This document shows positions 62,177-64,000 of a stretch of 64,000 nucleotides of DNA, one piece after another. Position numbers and translations under genes: made by a program. Numbering within the stretch: the stretch's first letter is position 1; every line of letters begins with the position of its first letter. Location of the stretch: the NCBI GenBank assembly GCA_965112735.1, contig OZ218957.1, positions 1,364,001 through 1,428,000 of the forward strand. The letters are read 5' to 3'. This DNA comes from Phaeosaccion multiseriatum (Eukaryota; Protista; Ochrophyta, other classes). The notes below the pieces were generated by a model. The model did no database searches and was not told the origin of the DNA. It worked only from the letters and a program-made list of their open reading frames with translations.

Positions 62177-64000
62177 ATGGTCCTTCCTTCGAGTGCCATC
62201 CGAATCAAGAGATGGAGTGCTTCAAAGAAGCATTCAGGAGACTCCGTTGCCGAGGCAGCAGACTGGGATGGAGTGAAGGTGCTGACCCTCAGTGTTGCAA
62301 ACGTGGGCTCCATCAAGAGTCTGTGGGGCTTGTCCAGAGTGGTGGATGCAGTCGTGGGGAGGCGAGTTGTTCTACACTGCTACCTGAAGCGGTCCAGCAG
62401 AGAATGCTGAAGATGCTCGAGCACCAGCAGCGACTTGAGCTTGAGCCATCTGGGGAAGGAGGAGCATCCTCTGCTGGTGAGGCTGGACAAAGACCATGCG
62501 TCGAGGAGGAGCAGCAGCGGGCCCAGCAGTGTGGAGAGGGAGGAAGGGAGATTCCCAACGAAAGGCATTTTCCGGTCAGCGCTGTCACGCTGGGCTTTGT
62601 ACAACCGCAGCACTTTCCATTGGGTGATATTTTGGCGGCGGACTTTGCCCTTGTCCAGGAAGGGCTGAGAGTGCTCCCTCCCTCGTGAGGCACATTCGCT
62701 TGGGAGATGCTTTCAGCTTTCTTTCCTTTTTGGGAGACGGTTTTCCGAAGAGGTCAACCTTCCGCACGCCTTGAGGGAGTTGAGCTTCCATCCTGAGTCC
62801 ATTTACAATCGTCCTTTGGACCTCCCCCCATCGCTGCGGAAGATCACGTTTGGGTGCTTGTTTGACCATGACGTGACTCTTCCCACCTCTCTTGAAGAGC
62901 TGAAGTTTGGCGGCCAGTTTAGTCGTTTCAATCGTCCATTGAAGCTTCCTGCCTCTCTTCGGACTCTGCAGCTGGGAATGCAGTATGACCAGCCCCTATC
63001 GGATCTGCCCGACGGACTGAAGGAGCTGAGATTTCCCTATATCTCGAGGTTTGATCATCCGTTGATCCTGCCTGCCACTCTTGGGACTCTGCGGCTGGGA
63101 AAGTGTTACAGTCACTCTTGGGACTCTGCGGCTGGGAAAGCGTTACAGTCAGCCCCTATCGGATCTGCCGGATGGGCTGAAGGAGCTGGTTTTTTCCTAT
63201 ATGTCGAGGTTTAATCATCCGTTAACCCTGCCTGCCTCTGTTCGGACTCTGAAGCTGGGAATGGAGTATAACCAGCCCCTATCGGATCTGCCGGACGGGC
63301 TGAAGGAGCTGGAGTTTCCCGATGAGTCGGAGTTTAATCATCCGTTGATCCTGCCTGCCTCTCTTCAGACTCTGCAGCTGGGGATGAAGTTCACGCAGCC
63401 CCTATCAGATCTACCGGACGGGCTGAAGAAGCTGATATTTGCCAATGACTCGGTGTTTAATCATCCGTTGATCCTGCCTGCCACTCTTCGGACTCTAAAG
63501 CTGGGAGAGGAGTATAACCAGCCCCTATCGGATCTGCCGGACGGGCTGAAGGAGCTGGAGTTTTCCGATGAGTCGATGTTTGATCATCCGTTGATCCTGC
63601 CTACCCCTCTTCGGACTCTGCAGTTGGGATGGGTGTATAATCAGCCCCTATCGGATCTGCCGGACGGGCTGAAGGAGCTGAAATTTTCCTATGACTCGAT
63701 GTTTGATCATCCGTTGATCCTGCCTGCCACTCTTCGGACTCTGCGGCTGGGAAAGTGTTACAGTCAGCCTCTATCGGATCTGCCGGATGGGCTGAAGGAG
63801 CTGGATTTTTCCAAGTGGTCGAAGTTTAATCATCCGTTAACCCTGCCTGCCTCTGTTCGGACTCTGAAGCTGGGAATGGAGTATACCCAGCCCCTGTCGG
63901 ATCTGCCGGACGGGCTGAAGGAGCTGAAATTTTCCGATGAGTCGGAGTTTAATCACCCGTTAATCCTGCCTGCCTCTCTTCGGACTCTGCAGCTGGGGTG
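62177..64000 (+). pseudogene. FNIP/leucine-rich-repeat gene, 5' part broken by a stop and frameshifts; continues beyond the window
   Basis: Repeats of the form LPDGLKELxFxxxSxFNHPLxLPASLRTLxLGxxYNQPLSD. There is an in-frame TGA at 62408, frame breaks near 62685 and 62742, and a 37-bp duplication (63078-63151) that shifts the frame. The start is uncertain. Confidence 0.65.
62990..64000 (+). repeat. 123-bp (41-aa) coding tandem repeat, at least 8 units
   Basis: cagcccctatcggatctgcc-type motif at 62990, 63150, 63273, 63396, 63519, 63642, 63765 and 63888. Confidence 0.95.

Noticed and set aside
62400-62420. In-frame TGA next to Cys codons (TGC TGA AGA TGC) as selenocysteine
   Set aside because: No redox-fold context or recognisable SECIS, and the same gene has additional frameshifts, so decay is the simpler explanation.

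Overview
GC-rich eukaryotic genomic DNA with spliceosomal GT-AG introns full of simple repeats. A protist or alga, plausibly a stramenopile, is inferred from gene content and style only. Most entries in the ORF track are low-complexity or antisense artefacts. Splicing by hand gives eight genes. (1) 3' end of a CFA-synthase/coclaurine N-methyltransferase-like SAM methyltransferase (+). (2) A ROK-family fructokinase with a C-terminal tail anchor (-). (3) A ~4,800-aa USP9X/24/34-like deubiquitinase (+). (4) A giant 8,598-aa polycystin-1/REJ-like surface protein (-): signal peptide, 12.5 near-identical 266-aa Ig/cadherin-like repeats, more Ig-like and Calx-beta-like domains, REJ, GAIN/GPS, 5 TM helices and 18 cytoplasmic TRAF-type zinc fingers. 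(5) Head-to-head with gene 4, a 4-exon gene (+) for a secreted single copy of the same repeat unit. (6) A membrane-anchored MYND-finger protein (-). (7) A tandem two-domain MAPR/cytochrome b5-like protein (-). (8) A frameshifted FNIP/LRR-repeat gene (+) that runs off the window. The main finding is the pair of genes 4 and 5. The free subunit is circularly permuted: it starts with the last beta-strand of an Ig domain and its C-terminal domain lacks that strand. The giant protein begins with the same free strand. This is the layout expected of a donor-strand-complemented, pilus-like filament growing from a polycystin-type membrane anchor. That interpretation is a hypothesis from sequence alone.
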